NCBI GenBank assembly: GCA_964546795.1
Contig: CAZJKG010000003.1
Span: 22,305-86,304, forward strand
Direction: 5' to 3'
Source: an uncultured Candidatus Saccharibacteria bacterium
GTDB lineage: Bacteria > Patescibacteriota > Minisyncoccia > Phycocordibacterales > Phycocordibacteraceae
Length of the DNA stretch: 64,000 nucleotides
Positions 38,240-47,917 of this stretch are shown in pieces (within the stretch, counting starts at the first letter, position 1; each line of letters starts with the position of its first letter). A program made the translations under genes and the position numbers. The notes under the pieces are model-generated. The model saw only the letters and a list, made by a program, of their open reading frames with translations, ran no database searches and was not told the origin of the DNA.

Positions 38240-39988
38240 ATGCACGTGTTGGACAGTGAGATGAGGGAGTTTATTACGGATTCGGGTATCGTCGCCAAGA
38301 AAGACATTGACGCCGCCTCCGTGGAAGCTGTAGAGCGCGGACAGCCGCTCGGCGATATTCTCGTCTCGCATGGCTTTCTGACCGAGGACGCCTTGCGACG
38401 CATTCAGGCCTATGTGCTTGGCATCCCTTTTGTGAATTTGAAAGAGCATCGTATCCCCGCTGACGTACTTGCCCTCATTCCGGAACCGATCGCACGCACG
38501 CACAATATCATTGCGTTCAAGAAAGAAGGTGATTCGCTTGAAGTGGGAATGCTGGATGTTGAAGACCTTGCCTCCATTGATTCGGTACGCAAGAAGACGG
38601 GGCTCAAGATATTGTCGCGATTGACCGATAATGAAAGCATTAAATCCGCGCTCCTGCAGTATCAGAAGTCGCTCAAAGACGAGTTCGGCGACATCATTTC
38701 AACGGAAGCGGGGAAAATTCGCGTCATTGCGGAAATCAACAAAGACCTTTCCGATGACGATCTTAAGAAGATGGCAGAGGATCTGCCGATCGTGCGCATC
38801 GTGGATACGCTGTTGAAACACGCCATCGTGCAAGGCGCCTCAGATATTCATATAGAGCCATTGGAGACCGAAGTGCTGGTCCGGTATCGTATTGACGGCA
38901 TCCTGCATGATGCGATGACACTGCCGAAAACCGCAGCGGCCGGCATCGTCGCGCGTATCAAGGTGCTCTCCAATCTGAAACTCGACGAAAAGCGCCTTCC
39001 GCAGGACGGTCGTTTCAAAATGGAGACCGAAGCAGACAAAGTATCCTTCCGCGTCTCCATCCTTCCGACCTTTTTTGGTGAAAAGACGGTCATGCGCCTC
39101 CTGCGAGAAACCGGCGAAGGGTTCACTCTGGAAGCACTTGGTCTCCACGGCGAAAATATGGAACACATCCATCATGCTTTGAAGCAGACCACTGGCATTA
39201 TTCTCATCTCAGGGCCGACGGGCTCCGGCAAAACGACGACGCTCTACACCATGCTTGATATTCTGAACCAGCCGGACGTGAATATCTCAACGGTGGAGGA
39301 CCCCATTGAATACCAGATGAAGCGTGTCAATCAAACGCAAGTGAATCCCCAAATAGGATTCACGTTCGCAAACGGACTTCGCTCCCTTGTGCGCCAAGAC
39401 CCGGACATCATCATGGTCGGTGAGATCCGCGACAGCGAAACGGCCTCGCTCGCCATTAATGCCGCATTGACCGGACACTTAGTGCTTTCAACCATTCACA
39501 CCAACAGCGCCTCTGGCGCCATTCCGCGTCTCATGGATATGGGCGTTGAGCCATTCCTTCTGGTCTCCACCATCCGCGTTATCATCGGACAGCGGCTCGT
39601 ACGCCGGCTGTGCGACAGCAAGGAAGAGTACGCGATGGATAAAGCCATGCGCTCAAAAATCGCCAGCGATGAAGAATTCGCTATAGCGTTCAAAGCTCTT
39701 CAAGACGAAAAATTGCTGAAGGCGAATGCTACGCTCGACAACATTCCTTTCTATCGGCCGGTACCCTCTGCTGAATGCGAAGACGGTTACAAAAGCCGTA
39801 TTGGTATCCATGAAGTCCTCGCTATCTCTCCCGCCATCAGAGATATCATGCTCCACTCAAGTACGAGCGATGCGTTGGAGGCGCAGGCAAAAAAGGAAGG
39901 CATGCTCACTATGTTTGAAGATGGTCTCTATAAGGCGGCGCGCGGCATCACGAGTATTGAGGAAGTGCTGCGCGCCGTAACCGAATAA
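38240..39988 (+). CDS. pilB: Type IV pilus assembly ATPase PilB/GspE
   Basis: ASDIHIEP, RLPQDGRF, GPTGSGKTTTLY, EDPIEY, RQDPDIIMVGEIRD, TGHLVLSTIHTN. Confidence 0.95.
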   Translation: MHVLDSEMREFITDSGIVAKKDIDAASVEAVERGQPLGDILVSHGFLTEDALRRIQAYVLGIPFVNLKEHRIPADVLALIPEPIARTHNIIAFKKEGDSLEVGMLDVEDLASIDSVRKKTGLKILSRLTDNESIKSALLQYQKSLKDEFGDIISTEAGKIRVIAEINKDLSDDDLKKMAEDLPIVRIVDTLLKHAIVQGASDIHIEPLETEVLVRYRIDGILHDAMTLPKTAAAGIVARIKVLSNLKLDEKRLPQDGRFKMETEADKVSFRVSILPTFFGEKTVMRLLRETGEGFTLEALGLHGENMEHIHHALKQTTGIILISGPTGSGKTTTLYTMLDILNQPDVNISTVEDPIEYQMKRVNQTQVNPQIGFTFANGLRSLVRQDPDIIMVGEIRDSETASLAINAALTGHLVLSTIHTNSASGAIPRLMDMGVEPFLLVSTIRVIIGQRLVRRLCDSKEEYAMDKAMRSKIASDEEFAIAFKALQDEKLLKANATLDNIPFYRPVPSAECEDGYKSRIGIHEVLAISPAIRDIMLHSSTSDALEAQAKKEGMLTMFEDGLYKAARGITSIEEVLRAVTE

Positions 39989-39990
39989 CC

Positions 39991-41205
39991 ATGAAATTCA
40001 ACGTTAAGATACGGAAGAGCGGTGTGCCGGACCAGACACGAGTCATTGAAGCGTCCTCGCGTTTCGTGGTGTACGACCAGGTGCAGAAGGAGGGCGGCAC
40101 CGTGATTGAACTACAAGATGTCGGGGAACAGTTCAAGATTCCCGCATGGCTTACCATCAACATCAGCACCGGCATAAAACGTGCAGAGATCATCCGGACG
40201 GCGAAAAATCTCTCCGCAATGCTTGCCGCCGGCCTTTCGCTCTCCCGCGCGCTCTCGGTCATCGAGCGGCAATCGGGTAATAAGCATTTGAAAACCATCG
40301 TTACCGAAATCTCTGAATCGGTGAAGAGGGGTTCATCATTCCATGATGCGTTAGTCCAGTACCCAAAAGTATTCTCGAGCTTATTCGCTGCGATGGTAAA
40401 AGCGGGCGAAGAGTCAGGTACTCTTGCCGACGCGCTTACGGTCGTTGCTCTTCAGATGGAGCGGGCGGAAGAGTTGGTGCGCAAAATAAGGGGCGCGATG
40501 ATCTATCCGGCGATTATCATTATCGCTGTCATCATTGTGAGTATTTTGATGCTCATCTATGTGGTTCCGACACTGACCAATACCTTTACCCAGCTCGGGG
40601 TCCAGGTTCCGCTTGCGACCCGCGTCATCGTTGCCTTATCGAACTTTTTTGTGGCCCATGTCGTTTTCGTCCTTACAGGACTCGCCGTGCTTGTCGTGGG
40701 CGGCATTGTTTTCGTTCGTTCAAGGTTCGGGGGCAGAGTGGTGCTCGCGATAGCGCTCCATCTGCCGGTCATCGGCGAATTAGTGCGCGAAACCTATACG
40801 GCACGTGCCGCCCGCTCACTTTCTTCACTTCTTTCCGCGGGCGTACCGATACTTGATGCTCTCTCCATAACCAAAGAAGTTGTGCACGCGGACGCGTTCG
40901 CGAAGGTGGTCGGAGAAGCCGAGGAACACGTCAAAAAAGGAGAAACACTTTCCATGTCATTTTCCGAACATGCGAAGCTCTATCCCGTTCTTATGAGCGA
41001 AATGCTTTCGGTGGGAGAAGAGACCGGCAAGGTCGCCGAAATGTTGAAACAGATTGCCGAGTTTTATGAAAGAGATGTCGCGGAGAAGACAAAAGATCTC
41101 TCCACCATCATCGAACCAGTCCTTATGCTCCTCATCGGCGCGGTCGTCGGTATTTTCGCGGTCTCCATGATCGCGCCGATTTATTCACTCTCGTCGGCCT
41201 TCTGA
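39991..41205 (+). CDS. pilC: Type IV pilus platform protein PilC/GspF
   Basis: AGEESGTL, AMIYP, VGEETGKV, IIEP. Confidence 0.93.
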   Translation: MKFNVKIRKSGVPDQTRVIEASSRFVVYDQVQKEGGTVIELQDVGEQFKIPAWLTINISTGIKRAEIIRTAKNLSAMLAAGLSLSRALSVIERQSGNKHLKTIVTEISESVKRGSSFHDALVQYPKVFSSLFAAMVKAGEESGTLADALTVVALQMERAEELVRKIRGAMIYPAIIIIAVIIVSILMLIYVVPTLTNTFTQLGVQVPLATRVIVALSNFFVAHVVFVLTGLAVLVVGGIVFVRSRFGGRVVLAIALHLPVIGELVRETYTARAARSLSSLLSAGVPILDALSITKEVVHADAFAKVVGEAEEHVKKGETLSMSFSEHAKLYPVLMSEMLSVGEETGKVAEMLKQIAEFYERDVAEKTKDLSTIIEPVLMLLIGAVVGIFAVSMIAPIYSLSSAF

Positions 41206-41212
41206 TCTGAGT

Positions 41213-41596
41213 ATGTCTCTGTCCCGCGGATTCTCGCTCATCGAAGTAATCGTTTCGATCTTCATCATAGGCGTCGCTCTGCTACTCTTGCAGGCCCTTA
41301 TACGCGGCAATGCGCTCATCGCACTATCGAAAAGCCAGGGTGTCGCGACTGCGATTGTCCGCAACGAGCTTGAGAGTTTGCGCTCCGGCGGCTATGCGGC
41401 TCTTCCGCCGAGCGGCTCATTTTCAAACATCCTCCTGGATACGCTTCCGTTTGCGACCACAACACTCACGGTGAGCGACTACAACGCCAAGACGAAACAA
41501 ATCTCGGTGAGCGTCATGTGGCGAGACCCGAGTTCTGTGGCGACAAGTACGGTCTCGCTCTCCACGCTTATCACCCAGACCGGAGGACTTCCATGA
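41213..41596 (+). CDS. Type IV prepilin-like protein (PilV-like)
   Basis: RGFSLIEV prepilin cleavage motif. Confidence 0.85.
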   Translation: MSLSRGFSLIEVIVSIFIIGVALLLLQALIRGNALIALSKSQGVATAIVRNELESLRSGGYAALPPSGSFSNILLDTLPFATTTLTVSDYNAKTKQISVSVMWRDPSSVATSTVSLSTLITQTGGLP

Positions 41597-42162
41597 TGCT
41601 CACATCCCGAGCAAGGCGGCACGGTTTTACCCTCATCGAGACGTTAATCGTTGTGACTCTCGGCACGAGCATGCTGATCACGCTAGGAGTGTTGATCTAC
41701 ACCTTTAACAAAACGGGAACGTATCAGCAGGCGCTCACCCAATCATCCGCCTCAGCGAGCGCGCTCATGCGCGAAATAGAGTCGCTCGCTTTCCCCGCCG
41801 ATGCCGTGCTTCAAACGCACCTATTCTCGAATGCAACCTATACATCATCGTCAACCTCTCTCGTTCTTGAAATCCCCTCCATCGACAACTCCGGAAACGT
41901 CATTGCGAATACCTATGATTACGCGGCGTTTTATGTCATCGGAACGAACGCGTATCGCATGCTTGAGGCAAACGTTGTGAGTGAGCGCATCTCAGGCACG
42001 AAACAACTAAGTACCGCAGTGGGCGCACTGACCTTTTCTTTCAACAGTGCCGATTTCACTCTTGTGAGTACCATCACCGTCGATATACAAACGCAGGCGC
42101 ATATAAGACAAGATACTATCTTCGACCATCAGCGTGAGCAAATTCGGTTGCGCAATTACTAA
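41593..42162 (+). CDS. Type IV prepilin-like protein (PilW-like)
   Basis: HGFTLIET motif; ATGA overlap with upstream gene. Confidence 0.85.
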   Translation: MMLTSRARRHGFTLIETLIVVTLGTSMLITLGVLIYTFNKTGTYQQALTQSSASASALMREIESLAFPADAVLQTHLFSNATYTSSSTSLVLEIPSIDNSGNVIANTYDYAAFYVIGTNAYRMLEANVVSERISGTKQLSTAVGALTFSFNSADFTLVSTITVDIQTQAHIRQDTIFDHQREQIRLRNY

Positions 42163-42171
42163 TCCACGCAT

Positions 42172-43455
42172 ATGCACCACTCTTCCTTTGTTCCAACAAT
42201 TAGTCGAGGATACGTCCTGCTTTTGGCGCTTGTTTTTCTCGGTATTTTTTTCACATCTGCCGCCGCATACGTGAACTCAGTAACGAGTTTCGCCCGGAAC
42301 GCGCGGTATGGAATCGCGAGCGCACAGGCGCTCTCACTTGCCGAAGCCGGCGTAGATCAAGCGATACATCAACTGAACCAGGACGCGAGTTATGCCGGTG
42401 AAACGAACGTCATGCTCGGCGGGGGCGTCTACACCGTCGCAGTGGCGAGCGTGACCCTCAATATCAAACGCCTGACGGTCACGGGCTATGTTCCAAACGC
42501 AACGAATCCAACGGCGATAAAGACCGTAACGGCACTTGTCGGTATTAATACTACGATTATCTCATTCCATTACGGCGCACAGGTGGGCGCGGGCGGGGTC
42601 ACGATGAGCAATGGTTCTCGGATACAGGGAAATCTTTTCTCCGGAGGAAGCGTTTCCGGCAACGGCATCATCACCGGAGATGTCACGGTCGCAAGTGGAA
42701 CACCAGCGACTTCGCTCAGCGGCATCACAGTCAACGGCACTGCTCGAGTGCACACACTTTCGAACTGCTCAATCGGCAGAGATGCTTATTACCAAACTCT
42801 ATCAAGTTGTCCTGTGGGTGGAACGCAGTATCCGGGAAGTGCCGATGCCGCGATGCAATCGATGCCTATTTCAGAAGCGCAAATCGCCGCATGGGAAGCG
42901 GCCGCGGCGGCCGGTGGAATCATCGACGGACCGTATACCATAAACGGCTCCGAGACGCTCGGTCCGAAAGAAATAAACGGCGATCTTACCGTCAAAGGTT
43001 CGCTCACACTGAGCGGAGTCGTATGGGTGAAAGGGAATATCAATTTTGAAAATAACGCTACACTCACTGTTTCTCCGGCTACAGGTAATTCCGGGGCAAT
43101 CATTATCGCCGATGTCCCGGGAAGCGAAGCGACGAGCGGTACGATTAATCTTGGAAACAACGTGAACGTCATTGGGAACGGAAACTCAGAAGGGTACCCC
43201 ATGCTGCTCTCCACCAACTCAGGATCCTCGGCAATAGATGTCAGTAATAACGTAACGAGTGTCATTCTCTACGCGTCAAAGGGTACGGTTGAGATCAGCA
43301 ATAACGCCGAGATCAATCAAATCTCTGCGTACCGACTTTTGCTCAAAAACAATTCGACGTTAACCTACCTAAGCGGCCTGCAGAGTCAGAGTTTCTTCGG
43401 GGGCGCCGGCGGCTCATGGGCCGTTGTGCCTCGCACGTATTCCATTTCACGCTAA
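42172..43455 (+). CDS. PilX-like minor pilin with beta-rich C-terminal domain
   Basis: RGYVLLLAL, QALSLAEAGVDQAI. Confidence 0.78.
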   Translation: MHHSSFVPTISRGYVLLLALVFLGIFFTSAAAYVNSVTSFARNARYGIASAQALSLAEAGVDQAIHQLNQDASYAGETNVMLGGGVYTVAVASVTLNIKRLTVTGYVPNATNPTAIKTVTALVGINTTIISFHYGAQVGAGGVTMSNGSRIQGNLFSGGSVSGNGIITGDVTVASGTPATSLSGITVNGTARVHTLSNCSIGRDAYYQTLSSCPVGGTQYPGSADAAMQSMPISEAQIAAWEAAAAAGGIIDGPYTINGSETLGPKEINGDLTVKGSLTLSGVVWVKGNINFENNATLTVSPATGNSGAIIIADVPGSEATSGTINLGNNVNVIGNGNSEGYPMLLSTNSGSSAIDVSNNVTSVILYASKGTVEISNNAEINQISAYRLLLKNNSTLTYLSGLQSQSFFGGAGGSWAVVPRTYSISR

Positions 43456-43478
43456 TCCCGGACTGCTATACTTTCCGT

Positions 43479-44222
43479 ATGCTCATTGTCGCCAACTGGA
43501 AAGCGTATGTGGAGGACGTTGGGAAAGCGAAAAAACTCTTCGCGATAAGCAAGAAACTCGCCAAAGAAACCGGGAGCAAGATAGTGCTCGCTCCATCCTC
43601 CCCATTCCTCGGCGGGCTCACACTCCGAAACAAATCAGATATTGCTTTTGCTGCGCAGGACGTGTCTCAAACGACCGGAGGCGCGCGGACCGGTGAGGCG
43701 ACCGCACAATCCTACGCGGCTGTCGGCGCGAAATATGCAATCATCGGGCATTCCGAACGGCGGGCTGCGGGCGATACGGATGCGGTCATCGCCGAGAAAC
43801 TCTCTCATGCCGTCGCTCATGGACTCACACCTATCCTCTGTGTCGGTGAACACGAACGTGATGGGGAGGGTCGCTATCTTCATTTTATACGGGAAGAACT
43901 TACGAACGTGATACGACCGCTCTCACCCAAAGAACGTGCGCACATCATCATCGCGTACGAGCCCTTATGGGCGATAGGAAAAACGGCAGCTCACTCTATC
44001 CAACCGAACGACCTTGTGGAAATGGTGTTGTACATACGCAAAGTGCTTGCGGAACTTCTGCATGGAAAAAATGCTTCTCGCACGCTTGTCCTCTATGGCG
44101 GTTCGGTTGAACCGGAAAACATCCGCGAGCTCGCAGCGAGCTCGCGGATCGACGGCTTCCTCATCGGACATGCATCGGTCGATCTCCGCACATTCACACT
44201 CCTCCTGAAGCAACTGGCGTGA
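43479..44222 (+). CDS. tpiA: Triosephosphate isomerase
   Basis: IVANWK, IIGHSERR, AYEPLWAIG, LYGGSV, GFLIGHAS. Confidence 0.96.
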   Translation: MLIVANWKAYVEDVGKAKKLFAISKKLAKETGSKIVLAPSSPFLGGLTLRNKSDIAFAAQDVSQTTGGARTGEATAQSYAAVGAKYAIIGHSERRAAGDTDAVIAEKLSHAVAHGLTPILCVGEHERDGEGRYLHFIREELTNVIRPLSPKERAHIIIAYEPLWAIGKTAAHSIQPNDLVEMVLYIRKVLAELLHGKNASRTLVLYGGSVEPENIRELAASSRIDGFLIGHASVDLRTFTLLLKQLA

Positions 44223-44229
44223 ACATGCG

Positions 44230-44345
44230 TCCAGTTAGAAATCACGAACATGTCTATGTTGGATGATTACGAAACATTCTGGACCGCAGTAACCAAATAA
44301 AACATGACGTCCTTTACGCAACGTTCGTATTCTATTTCTAACGGG
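44230..44345 (+). mobile_element. Start-codon-targeted hairpin element, copy 3 (at pgk)
   Basis: ATGCG-TCCAGTTAGAAAT...ATTTCTAACGGG-ATGCG. Confidence 0.8.
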
Positions 44346-45506
44346 ATGCGAAGCATCCGTGACATACGATTATTTGAGAATATCCCGATACTGGTGCGCA
44401 CAGCACTGAATGTTCCGATTGAAGACGGGAGAGTCGCGAACGACTATCGTCTGCGACGCGCATTACCGACCATCCGCTTTCTCGCCGAGCGCGGCGCAAA
44501 AATCGTACTTATAAGCCATTTAGGCGAACAAGGGACCGAGACCCTCGCTCCAGTCGCCCTTGCGCTTGGGAAACTCCTTCCGGGCGTTTCGTTCTTCCCC
44601 GAGATCATTGGAACGAGAGTGCGCGGAGCTATCCGCGACCTCGCACCCGGTCACGTCCTTGTTCTTGAGAATTTGCGGCGCGACAAAGGCGAGCGGATGA
44701 ATGACCGTTCCTTCTCGCAGGAACTCGCTTCTCTCGCCGATATCTTCGTGCAGGATTCTTTTGATACTTGCCATCGACCGCACGCTTCTATCATTGGCGT
44801 CCCGAAACTGCTTCCTTCATATGTTGGATTTCTCCTTGAAGAAGAAATGGGAGAGCTCTCGCAGGCGCTCGCGCCGAAACATCCCGCGCTCGCGGTCATC
44901 GGCGGTGCGAAGTTTCGTACAAAAGAGGCGGTGCTGACGACCTTATTGAAAACATATGATCACGTATGTGTCGGCGGAGCACTCGCAAATGATTTCCTCA
45001 AAGCATCGGGACAGGAAGTGGGGAAGTCGCTCGTCTCAAATGCCGACGAAAAAACTGTCAAAGCGCTCCTTGCCGATATGAAACTGGTTGTGCCGGTGGA
45101 CTCGCTCGTCATACCAGCGAAATTACTCGGAACCGCCGATGCACGGTCGCAGGCGCGTATTGCTCCGGCCGGACAGGTACGGCCTGATGAGATCATCCTG
45201 GATCACGGTCCGGATACCGTTGCACTCCTTTCCAATTTTGCGCAGAAAGCGAGGACGGTCTTGTGGAACGGCCCTTTGGGTAATTACGAGAACGGATTCA
45301 CCGATGCGACTGACGCTTTTGCGACCGCTATTGCTTCTTCAAACGCACATTCGGTGGTGGGTGGGGGCGACACTGTCGCCTCCATTGAAGGACTCGGTCT
45401 CTTGCCGCAGTTCTCCTTCGTCTCTACCGGAGGGGGCGCGATGCTTGATTTTCTCGCAAAAGGCACGCTCCCGGGCATTGAGGCACTTGACAAAGATGGT
45501 GTTTGA
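44346..45506 (+). CDS. pgk: Phosphoglycerate kinase
   Basis: LNVP, SHLG, LENLR, IGGAK, WNGPLG, VGGGDT, STGGGAML. Confidence 0.96.
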   Translation: MRSIRDIRLFENIPILVRTALNVPIEDGRVANDYRLRRALPTIRFLAERGAKIVLISHLGEQGTETLAPVALALGKLLPGVSFFPEIIGTRVRGAIRDLAPGHVLVLENLRRDKGERMNDRSFSQELASLADIFVQDSFDTCHRPHASIIGVPKLLPSYVGFLLEEEMGELSQALAPKHPALAVIGGAKFRTKEAVLTTLLKTYDHVCVGGALANDFLKASGQEVGKSLVSNADEKTVKALLADMKLVVPVDSLVIPAKLLGTADARSQARIAPAGQVRPDEIILDHGPDTVALLSNFAQKARTVLWNGPLGNYENGFTDATDAFATAIASSNAHSVVGGGDTVASIEGLGLLPQFSFVSTGGGAMLDFLAKGTLPGIEALDKDGV

Positions 45507-45574
45507 GTGCTATGCTCTCATTCGGAAGTTGATCAATAAAAATCTGATCGAAAATAAAAAATGGAGGTGTGCAG

Positions 45575-46027
45575 ATGAGCATTGGAAATAGGATCCTCAC
45601 TATTCCTGCAGGACTTCTTGTTTCATTGAGCGCCGTGTGGGGTGCGAACAAGATGTCTATGATGTACAATCCATGGGGAACGCTCGCACGGAGTGTGTCC
45701 ATGGGCATTGGGTCGATTTTGATCGTATTGTTCGTCCTCGCGCTCTTCATCGGGGTGATTATTTTCGCTCAGTTTATTGAGCACATGTTGAATGGCAAAC
45801 GCCTCAATGACAGCAGCGATGTGTTCTTCATGACGCTCAACGCAACCTGTTTTGGATTCGTTTTCGGAGCGATTTCCCCTCCGGCAAGGATCCAAGACGG
45901 CATTGTGTTCTGGACGACGGGGTTCAATTTCCTGCTCATCCTCGGGCTCATTCCGGCGGTGATTGTCGTCAAAGACCTCATCGTCGATATCGCTGGCGCT
46001 TTGCGCACAAAAGCGGTTGCGAGATAA
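45575..46027 (+). CDS. Orphan membrane protein (about 4 TM)
   Basis: GGAGGT SD; TTGACA promoter within the pgk 3' end; hairpin at 46057-46092. Confidence 0.7.
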   Translation: MSIGNRILTIPAGLLVSLSAVWGANKMSMMYNPWGTLARSVSMGIGSILIVLFVLALFIGVIIFAQFIEHMLNGKRLNDSSDVFFMTLNATCFGFVFGAISPPARIQDGIVFWTTGFNFLLILGLIPAVIVVKDLIVDIAGALRTKAVAR

Positions 46028-46092
46028 ACATGCGGAGTTGACAACCGCACAACAACAAACGCCGGTAACCCCCATAAGGTGCCGGCGTTTTA

Positions 46093-46503
46093 CTATATTC
46101 TTGCGCGGATTTTTTCAGCAATGGCGACGGCTTCGCCCGGCGGATATTTCTTTTGCGGCCAGAACGCGAATTCGCTGCGAGAGTGTCGGGGAATGATGTG
46201 GAAATGGAGATGGAAAACGATCTGTCCAGCGGCCTCTTCGTGATTTGAATTGATATGCACGCCCTGTGCGCCGACCGCGTCGCGCACCGCCGGCGCTATC
46301 TTGCGCACCGTGCGCATCACAGCGGCGAGCGTCGCATCATCCGCATCGAAGATATTCCGTATCAGTTTCTTTGGCACCACAAGCGTGTGGCCGGGCGTCG
46401 TGGGAGCCGCATCAAGGAAGGCGATTGTATCGTCGTCCTCGTACACGATATTTGCGGGAATCTCGCGCCGAATAATTTTCATGAAAACAGTATCCTCTTT
46501 CAT
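46093..46503 (-). CDS. HIT family protein (Hint-like)
   Basis: VFMKIIRREIPA, PGHTLVVPK, GQIVFHLHFHIIPR. Confidence 0.93.
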   Translation of the reverse strand: MKEDTVFMKIIRREIPANIVYEDDDTIAFLDAAPTTPGHTLVVPKKLIRNIFDADDATLAAVMRTVRKIAPAVRDAVGAQGVHINSNHEEAAGQIVFHLHFHIIPRHSRSEFAFWPQKKYPPGEAVAIAEKIRARI

Positions 46504-46538
46504 GCGGGCAGTATAGTACAGTTTGGTATGATGGCATC

Positions 46539-46967
46539 ATGCGCTTCACTATCCATGCCGACGGGGGCGCGAGAGGGAATCCGGGGCCCGCGGGCGCGGG
46601 TGCCGTCATTCGGGATGAATTCGGGAACTCGGCCGCGAGCGTTTCAAAATTCCTCGGGCACCAGACAAATAATTTCGCGGAATACGAAGCGGTTATCCTT
46701 GCTTTTGAGGCATTATCAAAACTCGTCCCGATGATAGAGCATGACACGACGGAAGTTGTCGTGAAATTGGACAGCGAACTCGTCGTGAAGCAGATGAAGG
46801 GCTTATACAAAGTAAAGCATCCGGTCCTGAAGGAGCAGCAGGCGCGGCTCGCACAGGTCGCCGCGGCATTTGGCACCGTCTCTTTCACTCACGTCCCGCG
46901 TGAAGAGAATAGCGACGCCGATGCGCTCGCCAATGCTGCAATGGATAATGGGTTCGAACATGTATAA
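46539..46967 (+). CDS. rnhA: Ribonuclease HI
   Basis: ADGGARGNPGPAGAG, TNNFAEY, DSELVVKQM, REENSDADALAN. Confidence 0.92.
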   Translation: MRFTIHADGGARGNPGPAGAGAVIRDEFGNSAASVSKFLGHQTNNFAEYEAVILAFEALSKLVPMIEHDTTEVVVKLDSELVVKQMKGLYKVKHPVLKEQQARLAQVAAAFGTVSFTHVPREENSDADALANAAMDNGFEHV

Positions 46968-47895
46968 CCCAACGAAACCATACAAACATAGGATTCTTAA
47001 ACTCATTGAAAGCACTTGGAAGACGCCTTATGTAAAAGTTGAGAAGGGATTATATCCAGTTTTTAAAAAGAATTTCTCTTTGTGGGAAGTTCAGCATACG
47101 GATGGTATTGGGACTAAGGGCTTTTACCACTGGCGGAAGCGAACCTTCAATAATGCGGTGCGAGACGCTCTTGCCATGAATTTAAATGATTTGGCGATGG
47201 TTGGCGCCATTCCGTATGCGCTCCAAAACCATATCGTTTTGCCAAAGGATGATCACAAAGCGATATTGGAGATAGTGAGAACATTGGCGGCAGAATGCAA
47301 GAAAAGAAACATTACTATGACAGGAGGAGAGACATCAATCCATTCTGATGCAAAAGGAATGGATATAAGCATTACCGTATCAGGTTTTCTTTCCAAAAAG
47401 TTCACGAATCAATGCAGGAATGGAGATGTCCTTTTGGGGCTTGCCAGCAATAGCATCCATTCGAACGGATTTACAAAAGTCAGGGAGGTCTTTGGGAATA
47501 CGTACAAAAAAGAATTCACAGAACCAACGAGGATATATCTGGAGGAGGTTCTTTCGATACTCGCCAAACACAAAGTGCATGGAATGATGCATATCACCGG
47601 CGGAGCATTCACGAAGCTGAAAGATATTCTAGGAAAGAATGATGCTGTCGTTTCTCAACCCAAAACGCTGCGACCGCAAAAGATCTTCTGTGATATGTAT
47701 GCAAAAGGACTCTTAAATAAAGTGATGTACTCAACCTTCAATTGCGGAATAGGATTTATCCTCTCGGTTCCTAAAAACGAGGTCTCAAAAATCCTCTCTC
47801 ATTCCCCCGACAGTGCCGTTATCGGAAAAGTGATTAGGGGAACCGGTAAGGTTCGTATCGTTTCTGCTTTTGACAGGAAAATCATAGAGTTGTAA
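46960..47895 (+). CDS. purM: PurM-like AIR synthase family protein (AT-richer than flanks)
   Basis: TDGIGTK, AMNLNDL, GGET, LASNSIHSNGF, HITGG, TFNCGIG. Confidence 0.8.
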   Translation: MYNPTKPYKHRILKLIESTWKTPYVKVEKGLYPVFKKNFSLWEVQHTDGIGTKGFYHWRKRTFNNAVRDALAMNLNDLAMVGAIPYALQNHIVLPKDDHKAILEIVRTLAAECKKRNITMTGGETSIHSDAKGMDISITVSGFLSKKFTNQCRNGDVLLGLASNSIHSNGFTKVREVFGNTYKKEFTEPTRIYLEEVLSILAKHKVHGMMHITGGAFTKLKDILGKNDAVVSQPKTLRPQKIFCDMYAKGLLNKVMYSTFNCGIGFILSVPKNEVSKILSHSPDSAVIGKVIRGTGKVRIVSAFDRKIIEL

Positions 47896-47917
47896 GAGAC
47901 CTTTTACGACATCTTCT

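Noticed and set aside
45520-45545. boxA-like motifs in leaders of orphan cassettes
   Set aside because: Matches are too degenerate in AT-rich sequence to support.
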